Part shown: positions 27,438-37,651 of the stretch, piece after piece | Layout of the letters: every line of letters begins with the position of its first letter | Position numbering within the stretch: the stretch's first letter is position 1 | DNA from: an uncultured Gammaproteobacteria bacterium | Lineage (GTDB): Bacteria > Patescibacteriota > Microgenomatia > UBA1406 | Direction of reading: 5' to 3' | Length of the DNA stretch: 64,000 nt | Assembly: GCA_964414145.1 (NCBI GenBank) | Contig: CAYPVH010000006.1 | Coordinates: 16,357-80,356 of the forward strand | The notes under the pieces: model-generated | Database searches by the model: none | Told to the model about the DNA's origin: nothing | Seen by the model: the letters and a program-made list of their open reading frames with translations, nothing else | Translations under genes and position numbers: made by a program

Positions 27438-29141
27438 TTAGGGTTGGTAACTTACTTCTTTTATTTTAATTGAATGCATATGAATAATTTGATTGCTTTT
27501 TAATTCATTAAGAAAAGTATTGATGTTAGCAGTTGCCACACAAACTACCGAGTCGGCAGCGCCATAATAAACAAGTAGCTGATCTTTAACCTTAACCGCT
27601 CCACAAGGGTATGCAATGCCCGGTTTAAAACCGGTGTTTTCGTAGTCTTTTGTTGGCATTAAAATTGGCTGATTTGTACGATAGAGCACTTTTTCGGGCC
27701 TGTTATAATCTAGAAGCATAGCGCCAATATGGTATTTGCTAGCGTCGCGGTCATCTACGCCGTAATATATAAGCAGCCAACCGCTTTCTGTTTTTATAGG
27801 TGGTGCACCGGCGCCAATTTTACGACTGTCCCACATATCTTCCCTAACCTTTATTTGGTACTGCCCTTTCAAATATCTGTCTTTGCCTGCAAAACTTAAA
27901 TTATCTACATAATCGATTAAAATATTGGGGAAAATTCGGTGAAAAAAAACATACTTGCCGTTTACTTTTTCGGGAAGCAAACAACCGCTTTTATCAATAA
28001 CCCCGGGCCTTGAAATAAGTACCGGTTTTGACCAGTTCCAACGCTGTTTGAGAAAGTCGTCTAGATAAATATAGGTTAGGGCTAGCCGAACCGAATCCCA
28101 GCCATTAAAGGCCACATATGTCATGTAGATTTTGTTTTCAAGCAGTGTGGCTCGCGGATCTTCAACTCCGCCATAACCCCCTGCAGACATAAGATTAGGG
28201 TTAACTTTGCCCGTATCATTTGTTTCAAAACCGGCAGAGGGCTGGTAAATTGGTTTGTTAAATCGCTTTTCTATACTTACCCCGTCGCTGCTCACTGCAT
28301 AGCCAACCGATGAGATATAATCAAAACCTTGCGCTCGGTACAAAATATGAACTTTACGGTTAGCATAAACAGCAGCCGGATTAAGTGTATTAAACGCTTC
28401 CCAATCATTTTTGGGGTTTGGGGAAATAATGGGGTTATCTATATGTTTTTTTAAAGTTAATTCGCTTTTTTTAATTTGGGAAGGGTCATAAGTAAAACCA
28501 GATAAAATGATGCCAAAAATAAATTTGTTTTCAACTAACCAGTAAGTAATAATTTTACCACTAAGCATTACAACTCCTAGGGGTTTAGCGTTTTTATTTG
28601 GCCAAATATCTTTGTGATTCCAAAGTGGCTTTGTAGTTTTCCAGATTAATTTTTCGGGGTTCGTGTGGCTAAAAAGAGCAAGATAAGCCGAATAATATGT
28701 CATGCCGTTTTCAATAACTGTTTGGTAATAAAGGAGTAATATTTTATCTTTGCGTTCAAAAACCGCCCCACAACAAAGCGGGTTTGGAGCAACGATAAGC
28801 GGGTTTTGCCGCGGCTCCAATACACCATTTTTTTGGAATGCTATATTTATGCTACGGTTGCCAAAATAGGCAAATTTTTCTTTATTATTTGAATCAGCCA
28901 AAACTTCACTTAGATTTGGCAAATTTGATGGCTTTATTTCATGAGTAAATGGTTGGGTGCTTTCGGCAAAACTAAAGCCGTCGTTACTAATGGCAGTGTT
29001 TATAGAAGAGCTGCCTGTATTTTTATAATAAAGGATTACCTTGCCTTTTTTTTCGGTTATTTTGATAACAGTTATTAAAGCGCCGTTAAGAGGAGTTTCG
29101 ATGTATTTTTTTAACCTGGCTTTTATTTTTTCAATAGACAT
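27438..29141 (-). CDS. Tandem two-domain GH130-family protein (paralog)
   Basis: LNPAAVYANRKVHILYRAQG..VGYAVSSDG..GVEDPRATLLENKIYMTYVAFNG; 567 aa; directly adjacent to its paralog. Confidence 0.7.
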   Translation of the reverse strand: MSIEKIKARLKKYIETPLNGALITVIKITEKKGKVILYYKNTGSSSINTAISNDGFSFAESTQPFTHEIKPSNLPNLSEVLADSNNKEKFAYFGNRSINIAFQKNGVLEPRQNPLIVAPNPLCCGAVFERKDKILLLYYQTVIENGMTYYSAYLALFSHTNPEKLIWKTTKPLWNHKDIWPNKNAKPLGVVMLSGKIITYWLVENKFIFGIILSGFTYDPSQIKKSELTLKKHIDNPIISPNPKNDWEAFNTLNPAAVYANRKVHILYRAQGFDYISSVGYAVSSDGVSIEKRFNKPIYQPSAGFETNDTGKVNPNLMSAGGYGGVEDPRATLLENKIYMTYVAFNGWDSVRLALTYIYLDDFLKQRWNWSKPVLISRPGVIDKSGCLLPEKVNGKYVFFHRIFPNILIDYVDNLSFAGKDRYLKGQYQIKVREDMWDSRKIGAGAPPIKTESGWLLIYYGVDDRDASKYHIGAMLLDYNRPEKVLYRTNQPILMPTKDYENTGFKPGIAYPCGAVKVKDQLLVYYGAADSVVCVATANINTFLNELKSNQIIHMHSIKIKEVSYQP

Positions 29142-29347
29142 TTAAATTCACAAAATACTAAAAAGTTACACCATAAAATATCATTCACACACCACACCTA
29201 ACAACTTCAAGGTGATATAAAAAGTATGGCAAAAATTTAATTTTTTGTATACCTAATGTGTCACTTTATCTGTTATATAAGCGACCGTATTTTTTATTGG
29301 AAATAATTACCAATTGTATTTTATAAAAAATTATTTATATTAATAGT

Positions 29348-30829
29348 ATGCACAACCACGATAAAGAAACCAGTAACCAAGAAAAGAGTAAAAAAAACAC
29401 TAAGTTGTTTTTAATAGCGTTTTTATTTATGTTTTTTTTAGTTACAGGCTTTGTTACAGGTATATATTTTGAATCTACAAAAACCGTAACCAAACAGGCC
29501 GGTAACAAAATGCAGTACCAGGCAGTTAATGCCGCTCACGCTTATTCGGTTGCGCTTCTTAAAACACAGGAAGTATTTGAGCTAAAAACAAACCTAAACT
29601 ACAACCAGTGGAGTGCTAAATTAAATGAAGCAATTAATCTTTGGGCAGAAGCAGAAAATGCAACAAAAAAATTGAAAGTTGAAAGTAATAATGTAATTGC
29701 CCAAAGGCAATTAATTGATAAGTACTTAAATAATTACGTTTATGCCTCTTCTGCCCAAGAAATTATTGCAGTATTTGATTCTGCCCCGGCCGGAAAAAAA
29801 CTAAGAACTCTTGCCAAACATTTAGGAACTGATGCAAAAAGAGCCAGATCAATATTAAAAAAAGCCCAAGGAGACATTGATGCCCCCTTCTATAACAACG
29901 AAGAGAAAAGATTGGAAAAACTTGAAAATGTTTGGCGCGGTTTAAAAAGTGGCAGTAAGATTGGTCTGTATGTTGGTGGCACAATATTGTCTGGCGGGGC
30001 AACTTCCACAGCCGGTACTATTCTTGCAGAAGCCGGAGCAATCTTTGGCGGAGTAGATTTGGTCTTGGAAGTTGGTGAAGATGTATCAAATATTGCCTTT
30101 GGTTATAACAGCGAGGCTGTGGCACTGTTTAGCGGAATAAGAAAATTATCAGAACCAACAGCAACAATAATTGGTTTTGGTAATATAGGAGCCTCTTCTA
30201 CATTCGACAAACTAAGTAGCTTTATGTTTGGTGCCGAGCAAATCAATGCAGCAATTCAAGAAAATAAGTATATGGGTTTAGCTATTGACTTTAATAACAT
30301 GGCCGTTAAAGTTGAAGGTTTAAATGAAGGCCAAGCAAAAGCATGGTTAAAAGAGCAAAATATAAGCGAAAACCCAGGCAATCCAGAGTTAATTTTAGCA
30401 AACGTTGAAAATGCTTTGGTAAAAAGCATATCACCTACCCTTTCCCAAAACAAAGATAATACTTTAAGTAACAATGAAAAAGAAGAAGATAACCTAGCAG
30501 TTAAACCCAGTGGTAAGTGCAATATTTTGGGTAAGTGGAAATTAATAACTACAGTTGCTGCAAATAGTACCGTTAATGAAGGCGCCGATTGGGGCGAGGT
30601 ATTTATAGAATTTTTTGAAAACGGAGTATTAACGGCAACCGCACATGTTAATGGTGAAACCGCATCTAACAGCGGCAAATATCGATTTCAAGGTTGTGAA
30701 GGATCAATCGCATCCACAACAGATAACGCTGATAGTAATTTAGTAATTAAAGACGGAAAACTATACCAGTATATAAAAGTTATGGGGACAGGACTGTCTC
30801 ACAAGTGGATTTATGAAAAAGTTAATTAA
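29348..30829 (+). CDS. Hypothetical membrane-anchored extracellular protein
   Basis: N-terminal TM helix LFLIAFLFMFFLVTGFVTGIYF; Gly/Ala-rich middle section; 493 aa. Confidence 0.45.
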   Translation: MHNHDKETSNQEKSKKNTKLFLIAFLFMFFLVTGFVTGIYFESTKTVTKQAGNKMQYQAVNAAHAYSVALLKTQEVFELKTNLNYNQWSAKLNEAINLWAEAENATKKLKVESNNVIAQRQLIDKYLNNYVYASSAQEIIAVFDSAPAGKKLRTLAKHLGTDAKRARSILKKAQGDIDAPFYNNEEKRLEKLENVWRGLKSGSKIGLYVGGTILSGGATSTAGTILAEAGAIFGGVDLVLEVGEDVSNIAFGYNSEAVALFSGIRKLSEPTATIIGFGNIGASSTFDKLSSFMFGAEQINAAIQENKYMGLAIDFNNMAVKVEGLNEGQAKAWLKEQNISENPGNPELILANVENALVKSISPTLSQNKDNTLSNNEKEEDNLAVKPSGKCNILGKWKLITTVAANSTVNEGADWGEVFIEFFENGVLTATAHVNGETASNSGKYRFQGCEGSIASTTDNADSNLVIKDGKLYQYIKVMGTGLSHKWIYEKVN

Positions 30830-31847
30830 AAATTTTGCCTTAACGGTTTTTATTGTGCTTTTGTTTACCACTGCTTTCTTTGGGGGGAAAGCCTTGGGGC
30901 ACTTTGCCTACTACCCTCTTTTTAGTAAACAAGCAACCGTGAATACTGAACCTGTTAAAAATCAAGTTACAAGCAGCAACGCTAAACCAACAATAACCAA
31001 AGCGGTTTCGGAAACGACAACATATACAAATGAAAATTATGGCTTTTCGCTTGAGATGACACGAAATTGGCAAGATTATAAAGCAGAAGAAGAGTTACTT
31101 GGTGGGGTCTTTAATATTGCCGAGGTATATTTTATGTTAGAAAACCAAAAACTATTCTCACTTTCTGTTTTTTTAAAAGAGAGTTGGGAAGAACCGGAAC
31201 GTGACAGATCCAAAGACGACCTGTTTGGAGAAAAAATTGGTGAAAATGATACGTATGTATTTCTATATTCTCACATAAACGGTGACCCTCCCAAAAATGT
31301 TTCTGTTTTGGCAATACAAGATATGAGTAAAATAGCAAGCAGTATTAAAACATTCGCCCCAACAAATTTTGAACCAGATAAGAATGAAGCAACCGAAAAC
31401 GAACTTGAATTGTTAGCTACAGATTACAGAAATAACTCAATCAATTACTGGAATTGTAGTTACCGATATTCACTTTATTACCCGTCTAGTTTTACCAATA
31501 ATGATGCCACTTTTGAATCTAGTAAAGCTGTATTTTCGGGAACTAATATATTTGCGTCGGTTGAAGCCCACACCAGTAGTGAAACACTAACGGATTTTGC
31601 AGATAATACGGTTACTAGAATCGGCGGTGAAATAGTAGACACTAGAAATAAAGAAAGATACGGAACAAAAATAATTGCTTACGAAATGACAAATCCCGAT
31701 ATGGCTTTAATATTTTGGCAAGAGGAACAAAATATAATGGAATTTAGAATTTGGGGTAGTGAATATATAAATAACCAAGACATTGTACAAAACATGATAA
31801 CTACCCTGGAATTTAATGTAGATAATTCAAACTGTAGAGACTTTTAA
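30813..31847 (+). CDS. Hypothetical secreted protein
   Basis: N-terminal signal/TM LTVFIVLLFTTAFFGG; overlaps the upstream gene end. Confidence 0.45.
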   Translation: MKKLIKNFALTVFIVLLFTTAFFGGKALGHFAYYPLFSKQATVNTEPVKNQVTSSNAKPTITKAVSETTTYTNENYGFSLEMTRNWQDYKAEEELLGGVFNIAEVYFMLENQKLFSLSVFLKESWEEPERDRSKDDLFGEKIGENDTYVFLYSHINGDPPKNVSVLAIQDMSKIASSIKTFAPTNFEPDKNEATENELELLATDYRNNSINYWNCSYRYSLYYPSSFTNNDATFESSKAVFSGTNIFASVEAHTSSETLTDFADNTVTRIGGEIVDTRNKERYGTKIIAYEMTNPDMALIFWQEEQNIMEFRIWGSEYINNQDIVQNMITTLEFNVDNSNCRDF

Positions 31848-31913
31848 TTTATATAAAGCCTAATATTAATTAATTAATGCATAGGAAAAGAGCAAATACT
31901 GAAGGTTGTGAAG

Positions 31914-32594
31914 TTACGGACAGCGAGCAGACTTTGTGTAACCAGCAGCTTTAGCCTGTTTTTCTGAACAAAACCACTGCTCTCCCTTATCTTGTTCAAC
32001 AACTGTGGTTTTGTAGTGGACACAACCAGGAATGTAGTAAATTTTGTTATTAACCTTGCCATCAGCAAAATTGCCTTTAATATTGCAATTTAAATTAGGT
32101 GGCTTAGTATGAATGCATTCACTCCAAACGCCAAGCTTTTTTACTTTAGCCACGTCGGCCAGTCTTTTAAGCTCGCTAGCTTGAGGATTAGTATCGTGAT
32201 GATACCTAACCCAACCACTTTTTAACATCTCCGCGTTTAAGAGAGTATTGCCTACATAAACAAGGGCCATTGGCCTGCCTTTCTGATCTATAATACGTTC
32301 CCTTATATCTACATTATTTTTGCCAATTTGTTTTTCAAGTAAAGCTTTAGCTTGACTACCGCCACAGTTTTCCAATTCTGGTGCGTCCAGATTACGCAAT
32401 CTTAAACGGACTTTGTTTTCAAGAACAATTGTGTCACCATCTAAGACTGCCAAAATAGCATATTCGCCGGTCTTTTTTTTATTAACACTTGCCCCAATTT
32501 TCAAAAACATAAAAATGTTAAGAATGATTGAGGGAATAAGGAACATAATAAGAATAAGGGAAGTACTTGGTAATTTGGTTTCTTTTTTTGGCAC
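31914..32594 (-). CDS. Membrane-anchored thermonuclease (SNase-like) with C-terminal Cys-containing tail
   Basis: N-terminal TM helix; SNase core GDTIVLENKVRLRLRNLDAPE..ALVYVG..NAEMLKSGWVRYH; C-terminal YYIPGCVHY..FCSEKQAKAAGYTKSARC tail as in Bacillus YncB/YokF-type nucleases. Confidence 0.65.
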   Translation of the reverse strand: MPKKETKLPSTSLILIMFLIPSIILNIFMFLKIGASVNKKKTGEYAILAVLDGDTIVLENKVRLRLRNLDAPELENCGGSQAKALLEKQIGKNNVDIRERIIDQKGRPMALVYVGNTLLNAEMLKSGWVRYHHDTNPQASELKRLADVAKVKKLGVWSECIHTKPPNLNCNIKGNFADGKVNNKIYYIPGCVHYKTTVVEQDKGEQWFCSEKQAKAAGYTKSARCP

Positions 32595-32766
32595 TGATTA
32601 ATCATAACAATTTTATAGATTCTTTTGTATGCTACTAATCTATATTGTATTATTAAATCTGTATATATAAGCACAGGCAATATTGAGAAAAGGTTGCTGA
32701 GCAATAATTTAAATAACTACCAACCACCTTTAAACAGAACTTAGTATTTTGATATATTATTATTAT

Positions 32767-32937
32767 TATGAAAAATAATTGCGGGGCCGGAGCCGTATAT
32801 GGCTTGGGCTTTATTGGCGCAGCAATTTACTACATTCAACAAGCCGCCAGTTTTGGTGAAGGTGTGCTAGGTGTGCTGAAGGCACTTGTGTGGCCAGCTA
32901 TGCTGGTACACAAATTGCTTGGATTTTTAGGAATGTA
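32767..32937 (+). CDS. Small hydrophobic Gly/Ala-rich peptide (56 aa), GC-richer than surroundings
   Basis: MKNNCGAGAVYGLGFIGAAIYYIQQAASFGEGVLGVLKALVWPAMLVHKLLGFLGM; below the ORF-track size cutoff; sits at the edge of the repeat region. Confidence 0.3.
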
Positions 32938-32943
32938 GTAAAT

Positions 32944-33156
32944 TAAATTGCTGCATTGCTTCATTGTTACATTGCTAAAGACAATATATAATAGACAATA
33001 TTCAAAATTCATTATAAATGCACAGATGCATTTCTGATTTCTATTACTATTTTCTCATATCCAAAAACTAACTTCTTATTTATTAACTCTAAATTTTCTG
33101 TGATGGGATCCTTCGACTCGTCCGCCGGCTGGCGGACTCGCTCAGGATGACGTGGG
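32944..33156 (+). repeat. Modular MITE-like repeat, copy 1 (iteron block, B-module, GC hairpin module)
   Basis: aaattgct/gcattgct/tcattgtt/acattgct 8-bp tandem repeats; ..ttctattactattttct..ttatttattaact..; GGGATCCTTCGactcGTCCGCCggctGGCGGACtcgctcAGGATGACgtgg. Confidence 0.7.
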
Positions 33157-33221
33157 AATACTTAAACAGGCACATTTCAATACAATTGTGTGTATTTTAT
33201 GTGTATGATATAATTTTTACT

Positions 33222-33956
33222 ATGAGTTTTATTAAGGAGTCACGTCCCTTGCCAATCAATCCGATGGATACAAAAAATCGTGTTTTATATCCATTAATAG
33301 ATACTAGTTGCAAAGCTACTCATCTTACTTCATACAATCCACTTACCACAGAGGTAAGAGTTGTCGATAACGTCGTTATTTGGGCTAAACAACAAATTGA
33401 ATTGGCAAATGGTATTGAAATATTACATATATACGCAGAAAACTGTGAGTTACCAATTGTAGCAACGACAATACATCTACCTGACATGGATGACCTTGGT
33501 ATTTCGGAAATTAGTATTCGGCGTGCTTGTCTGGAAAATGAAGTTCAATTTACAATTTATTTCACAATAAAAATAGATGCTGTGGTAAATGCAACTCAAG
33601 GCACTGCTATACCTTCAACATTGCAAAACCACTGCTGGGGAGTTGCCGTAGATTTAACCGGTAATAAAAGATTTATTTGGAATCAAGACCAGAAAGGTAC
33701 CCCCCTTGCCAACTGTTTTGAAGTATGTGGAAATACACCCCAAGGCAGGCAAGTAAATACACTAATTAGCCACTTTTTACCTGAAATAGAAGAAGAAAAT
33801 GATTATATAACTTTGAACTTTACAACAAACGGACAAGTAATAAAAGTTGTGCTTCCAGTAAAACCTACAGAAACTAAAACTGTTGCCGAAGCAATTTTTA
33901 GTGGAAGGCCAATGGTAGAAAACACTGGAATAAACACACATAAATCTCACCAATAA
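33222..33956 (+). CDS. Hypothetical protein (cassette gene)
   Basis: ORF track starts at 33147 inside the repeat hairpin; the ATG at 33222 is preceded by TATAAT and is the more plausible start (MSFIKESRPL..). Confidence 0.45.
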   Translation: MSFIKESRPLPINPMDTKNRVLYPLIDTSCKATHLTSYNPLTTEVRVVDNVVIWAKQQIELANGIEILHIYAENCELPIVATTIHLPDMDDLGISEISIRRACLENEVQFTIYFTIKIDAVVNATQGTAIPSTLQNHCWGVAVDLTGNKRFIWNQDQKGTPLANCFEVCGNTPQGRQVNTLISHFLPEIEEENDYITLNFTTNGQVIKVVLPVKPTETKTVAEAIFSGRPMVENTGINTHKSHQ

Positions 33957-34031
33957 TATGTCTATAAAAAGTCACATAATAGTAAGTATTAGTCTTACAT
34001 AAAAATTACATATTCCAAATAAAATATAAAC

Positions 34032-34808
34032 ATGGTAGTAGAACAAGAAATTAGTTTAGATCGATATCTAGACACCGTAAGAAACTACGCAAATGGTATT
34101 GTAGTAGAAAGAGATACTTTTTCGGAGTTAAAAAAACTCAGATCTCCAGATAGTCGTTATTACACCTACGTACAGCCGAGTGCAAACGGATTAGGCAACA
34201 CATATATTACTTTGCTAGAAGAAGATGATAGCTTAAGGATCGTCGGAGCAAAACAAACAACCCCATACTGGCCAGGCGCACCTTATTCAGCTGTATATAT
34301 ATATGGTACACATGGTAATGTTTTAGAAGCTTCATTAGTTATTCCAAGAACAAAAGGTGGGTTAACAAACGAGGTTGTTGTTGCCAATCATATAGTTACA
34401 CAAAATAGTGTTAAAAATAGTGTTTTTCTTTCGTTGGCTGACCACTTACAAATATGGGAATTACTTGATTTGGAACAAAAAAAGAGATATCGTGATTCCT
34501 CTTTAATAGGAAGTGGTTGGTACTTAGAAGGTGTAATGGTAGATAATGAAGTAATATGGAAACTATTAAAAATAACAGGAAGGCATAATGTTAAGTTTAA
34601 TATAGGACTCGAAAACCTAGACCGAGCAGGGCTACTTAGCCATTTACCAGAAGTAACTCAAAACGGTGTTGTTTTAAACGTTTTACACACAAGCCCAATT
34701 CAAACAGCAAACATTACCCTTCCAACTGGTACTCCAAATATAAGAGAAGCCATATTAGGTCAAACTCCACTTGTGCCAAACAAGGTTCTAATTACAGGAA
34801 ATGGCTAA
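34032..34808 (+). CDS. Hypothetical protein (cassette gene)
   Basis: 258 aa ORF; no recognisable motif. Confidence 0.45.
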   Translation: MVVEQEISLDRYLDTVRNYANGIVVERDTFSELKKLRSPDSRYYTYVQPSANGLGNTYITLLEEDDSLRIVGAKQTTPYWPGAPYSAVYIYGTHGNVLEASLVIPRTKGGLTNEVVVANHIVTQNSVKNSVFLSLADHLQIWELLDLEQKKRYRDSSLIGSGWYLEGVMVDNEVIWKLLKITGRHNVKFNIGLENLDRAGLLSHLPEVTQNGVVLNVLHTSPIQTANITLPTGTPNIREAILGQTPLVPNKVLITGNG

Positions 34809-34869
34809 TTTATTTCCTTACTACATAAGAATTTTATATTATAAAGGATAATTGCTATACTAGCCCTAT

Positions 34870-36057
34870 ATGAATACACAAATTAAGTGCCCGTATTGCC
34901 ATAAACAATTTGAACCAACAGACGCTTACAAACACGAACTAGAAGAAAAATTATTAAGAGAAGAGCAAGAAAAACACAAAAAAGAACTTGAAAAACTAGC
35001 GGCAGAAAAAGAAGAACTGGCAAAGTCGAGAACTGAAGAAATTGAAAAAATAAAAAAACAAGTAGCCGAAACCGCCAAACAAGAAGCAAAAGAAAACTTA
35101 GACAAAGAATTAAAAGACAAAGAAAACCAAATTCTTTCTTTAAAAAAGCGGGCTGAGGCGGCAGAAGAAATAGAGCTTAAAGTAAGAAAAGAAAAACGTG
35201 AATTTGAAGAGTCGAAACGAAAGTTTGAACTTGAAAAACAAAGACAATTAGATGAGGAGAGGGAAAAAATTAGAGCTAAAGCCACCAAAGAAGCCGAAGA
35301 AGGCCAAGCTTTAAAAATTGCCGAGAAAGATAAAAAACTGTCGGACGCTGAAAAACAGATTCTTGAGTTACAACGAAAGATAAGGCAAGGTTCGCAACAA
35401 ACTCAGGGTGAGGTAATGGAGTTGGAAATTGAAAACATATTACGAGCTGAATTCCCCCTAGATAATATAGTCGAAGTTAAGAAAGGTCAGCGTGGTGCCG
35501 ACATATTGCAAAACGTTGTAGACAAGAAAGGCAGGAAATGCGGTGGTATATTATGGGAAAGCAAGAATGCAAAGTGGAGCCAGGGGTGGATAAGTAAATT
35601 AAAAGAAGACCAACGCCAGGCTAAAGCTCAATTGGCGGTTTTAATTGTAACCAACCCACCAGAAGACATAAAGGGTTTTGTTTTTAGAGAAGGCATTTGG
35701 GTAACTACTTGGAAGTTAGTAGTCCCGCTTGCTATGGCACTAAGATTTAATTTGGTTAATATGTTTCATGAAAAAGCAATTTCGGTAGGTAAAAACGAAA
35801 AAATGGAAGTACTTTACCAATACCTAACCAGCGTTGAATTTAAACACAGAGTTGAGGGTATTGTTGAAGCTTTTGGTTACTTGCAAACAGACATTGAACG
35901 GGAAAAAAGATGGTTTCAGACCAAATGGGCACGCCAAGAAAAAGAACTAAGAAAAGTAATAGATCACACACAGGGAATGTATGGCGACCTTCAGGGCGTG
36001 ATGGGAAGGGCTTTGCCTGAAATAAAATCTTTGGAATTACCAGGAAAAGAAGAATAA
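34870..36057 (+). CDS. DUF2130-like protein (N-terminal zinc ribbon, long K/E-rich coiled coil, C-terminal restriction-endonuclease-like fold domain)
   Basis: N-terminal MNTQIKCPYCHKQF; ~200 aa of EEKLLREEQEKHKKELEK.. coiled coil; C-terminal GQRGADILQNVVDKKGRKCGGILWESKNA. Confidence 0.5.
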   Translation: MNTQIKCPYCHKQFEPTDAYKHELEEKLLREEQEKHKKELEKLAAEKEELAKSRTEEIEKIKKQVAETAKQEAKENLDKELKDKENQILSLKKRAEAAEEIELKVRKEKREFEESKRKFELEKQRQLDEEREKIRAKATKEAEEGQALKIAEKDKKLSDAEKQILELQRKIRQGSQQTQGEVMELEIENILRAEFPLDNIVEVKKGQRGADILQNVVDKKGRKCGGILWESKNAKWSQGWISKLKEDQRQAKAQLAVLIVTNPPEDIKGFVFREGIWVTTWKLVVPLAMALRFNLVNMFHEKAISVGKNEKMEVLYQYLTSVEFKHRVEGIVEAFGYLQTDIEREKRWFQTKWARQEKELRKVIDHTQGMYGDLQGVMGRALPEIKSLELPGKEE

Positions 36058-36063
36058 AAACAA

Positions 36064-36515
36064 AATAAGCACCAAACTTCAAAAAACAATTTCCAAACAA
36101 ATAACAAATCCCAATTTATAAACATCAAGCTAATTAAGAATCTTGGAATTTGTAAATATAAATAGACACATTCTAAATCCGAAGATCGAAATCCACCGAT
36201 TCGGTGGACAGGTCCGAAATAATATTAAAGTACCAAGCACCAAAAAACAAAAACCAAAAAATGTTTCACTGTTACATTGCTTCATTGTTGAAAACTAAAA
36301 CAGAAATCCATTCTCTACTATCTAATTTCTATTACTATTTTCCTGCTTTCTAGAAACTAATTTCTTATTTATAAACTATAAACTTCAAACACAAACCAGT
36401 ATTTTTTCTATTTTAAAACTTTGTTATTTGAATTTGATTTGATGTTTGTGTAATTTGTTATTTGTGAATTTCTTAATTGTTTCGGATTTCGAGTTTGGTG
36501 CTTCGAGTTTTGCAT
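36064..36515 (+). repeat. Modular MITE-like repeat, copy 2, with imperfect terminal inverted A-modules
   Basis: A-module aataagcaccaaacttcaaaaaacaatttccaaacaaataacaaa; hairpin gaaatCCACCGattCGGTGGacagg; iterons tcactgtt/acattgct/tcattgtt; B-module; inverted A-module at 36420-36515 running into the tdk 3' end. Confidence 0.7.
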
Positions 36516-37042
36516 TGCTGAGGATGGCATTTACTACAACACGGGCCATATTTATCGGCTGCACCTAATTCTATTTGTTTTTCCTTAATTACTTTTGAAT
36601 ACGAGTGCTCTGCCCTTTTCCCACAAAAGTCACAAACAGCATATAGTTGAATAAACTCATCAGCTTGTTTTGATAAAGGCAGAGTTGCCCCAAAAGGTTT
36701 TTTGTTACTGTCGTATAAAAGCCCTGCTGCAATAACATTAATCCCTTTTTTTAACAGTTTTTTAATTTGTGGTTTAATAGCACTATATTTAAAAAAATTT
36801 AGCTCGTCAATAAAAACCGATTTTATTTGATTACTTACCGCCGGAAAAACCGGATCTGTACTGTTTAAGTTTACTGCCTTAATTGACTGCCCGTTGTGAG
36901 TAACGCATTTATTGGTGCTATAGCGAGTATCAATATTAGGTTTAAAAAATAAATAGCTTTTGTGGGGTAGTTTGTTGGCAAAATCTATTAAATATGTAGT
37001 TTTACCGGCAAACATTGGTCCACCAATTATTGTTAGCATCAA
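36473..37042 (-). CDS. tdk: Thymidine kinase
   Basis: P-loop GGPMFAGKTT, C-terminal zinc-ribbon Cys pairs (CDFCGKRAEHS..CCSKCH). The last ~13 codons (KTRSTKLEIRNN) are encoded by the inverted A-module of the repeat. Confidence 0.8.
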   Translation of the reverse strand: MMLTIIGGPMFAGKTTYLIDFANKLPHKSYLFFKPNIDTRYSTNKCVTHNGQSIKAVNLNSTDPVFPAVSNQIKSVFIDELNFFKYSAIKPQIKKLLKKGINVIAAGLLYDSNKKPFGATLPLSKQADEFIQLYAVCDFCGKRAEHSYSKVIKEKQIELGAADKYGPCCSKCHPQQCKTRSTKLEIRNN

Positions 37043-37651
37043 ATAATTCTATAACAGCAGAATATATTTTGATAAACTAATTTTTATTAATGAATAATAT
37101 CAGTCACTATTTTTACCCTCTATACCAAAGATTCGAACAAGAATTTTTTGTAACCTTATAAAGGGCGGTAAAAGAAGATTATCATTTTGTTGGTACGAAT
37201 GAGGATAAAGAGTATTTTTTAAAAGCACTGCTCTGTTTTCAGGTTGCTAAAGATTACCGAACTCCACTGGAAGCTGTAAAAAATCATTTATCACCTGAAA
37301 CTGATATCGCCCAAATTAATAAACAGGTAAAAGAGCAAGGTTTTAATATTGATTCTTCTTGGGTCATATGGAGCAGTGATTTAGAACTTATAAAATTAGC
37401 TAAACAAATATATAAATCTAAACTTGATATTAACGGAAGCAGTGCTGAATTTGATGAATTTGTACTTCGCTATTTGATTTCTGCTTGGTTAGTTGCCTGG
37501 CAAGGACCACTTTTTATGATTTTGAAAAATATCATTGGAAACAAGGGTAACGTTAACTTAAAAACACTTAACGGACTGATGAAAAAGTGGGACTTTACTA
37601 ATATATTTAGTTAGTATATACTGATACTATTAGTAGTTTGTATTTTTAAAT

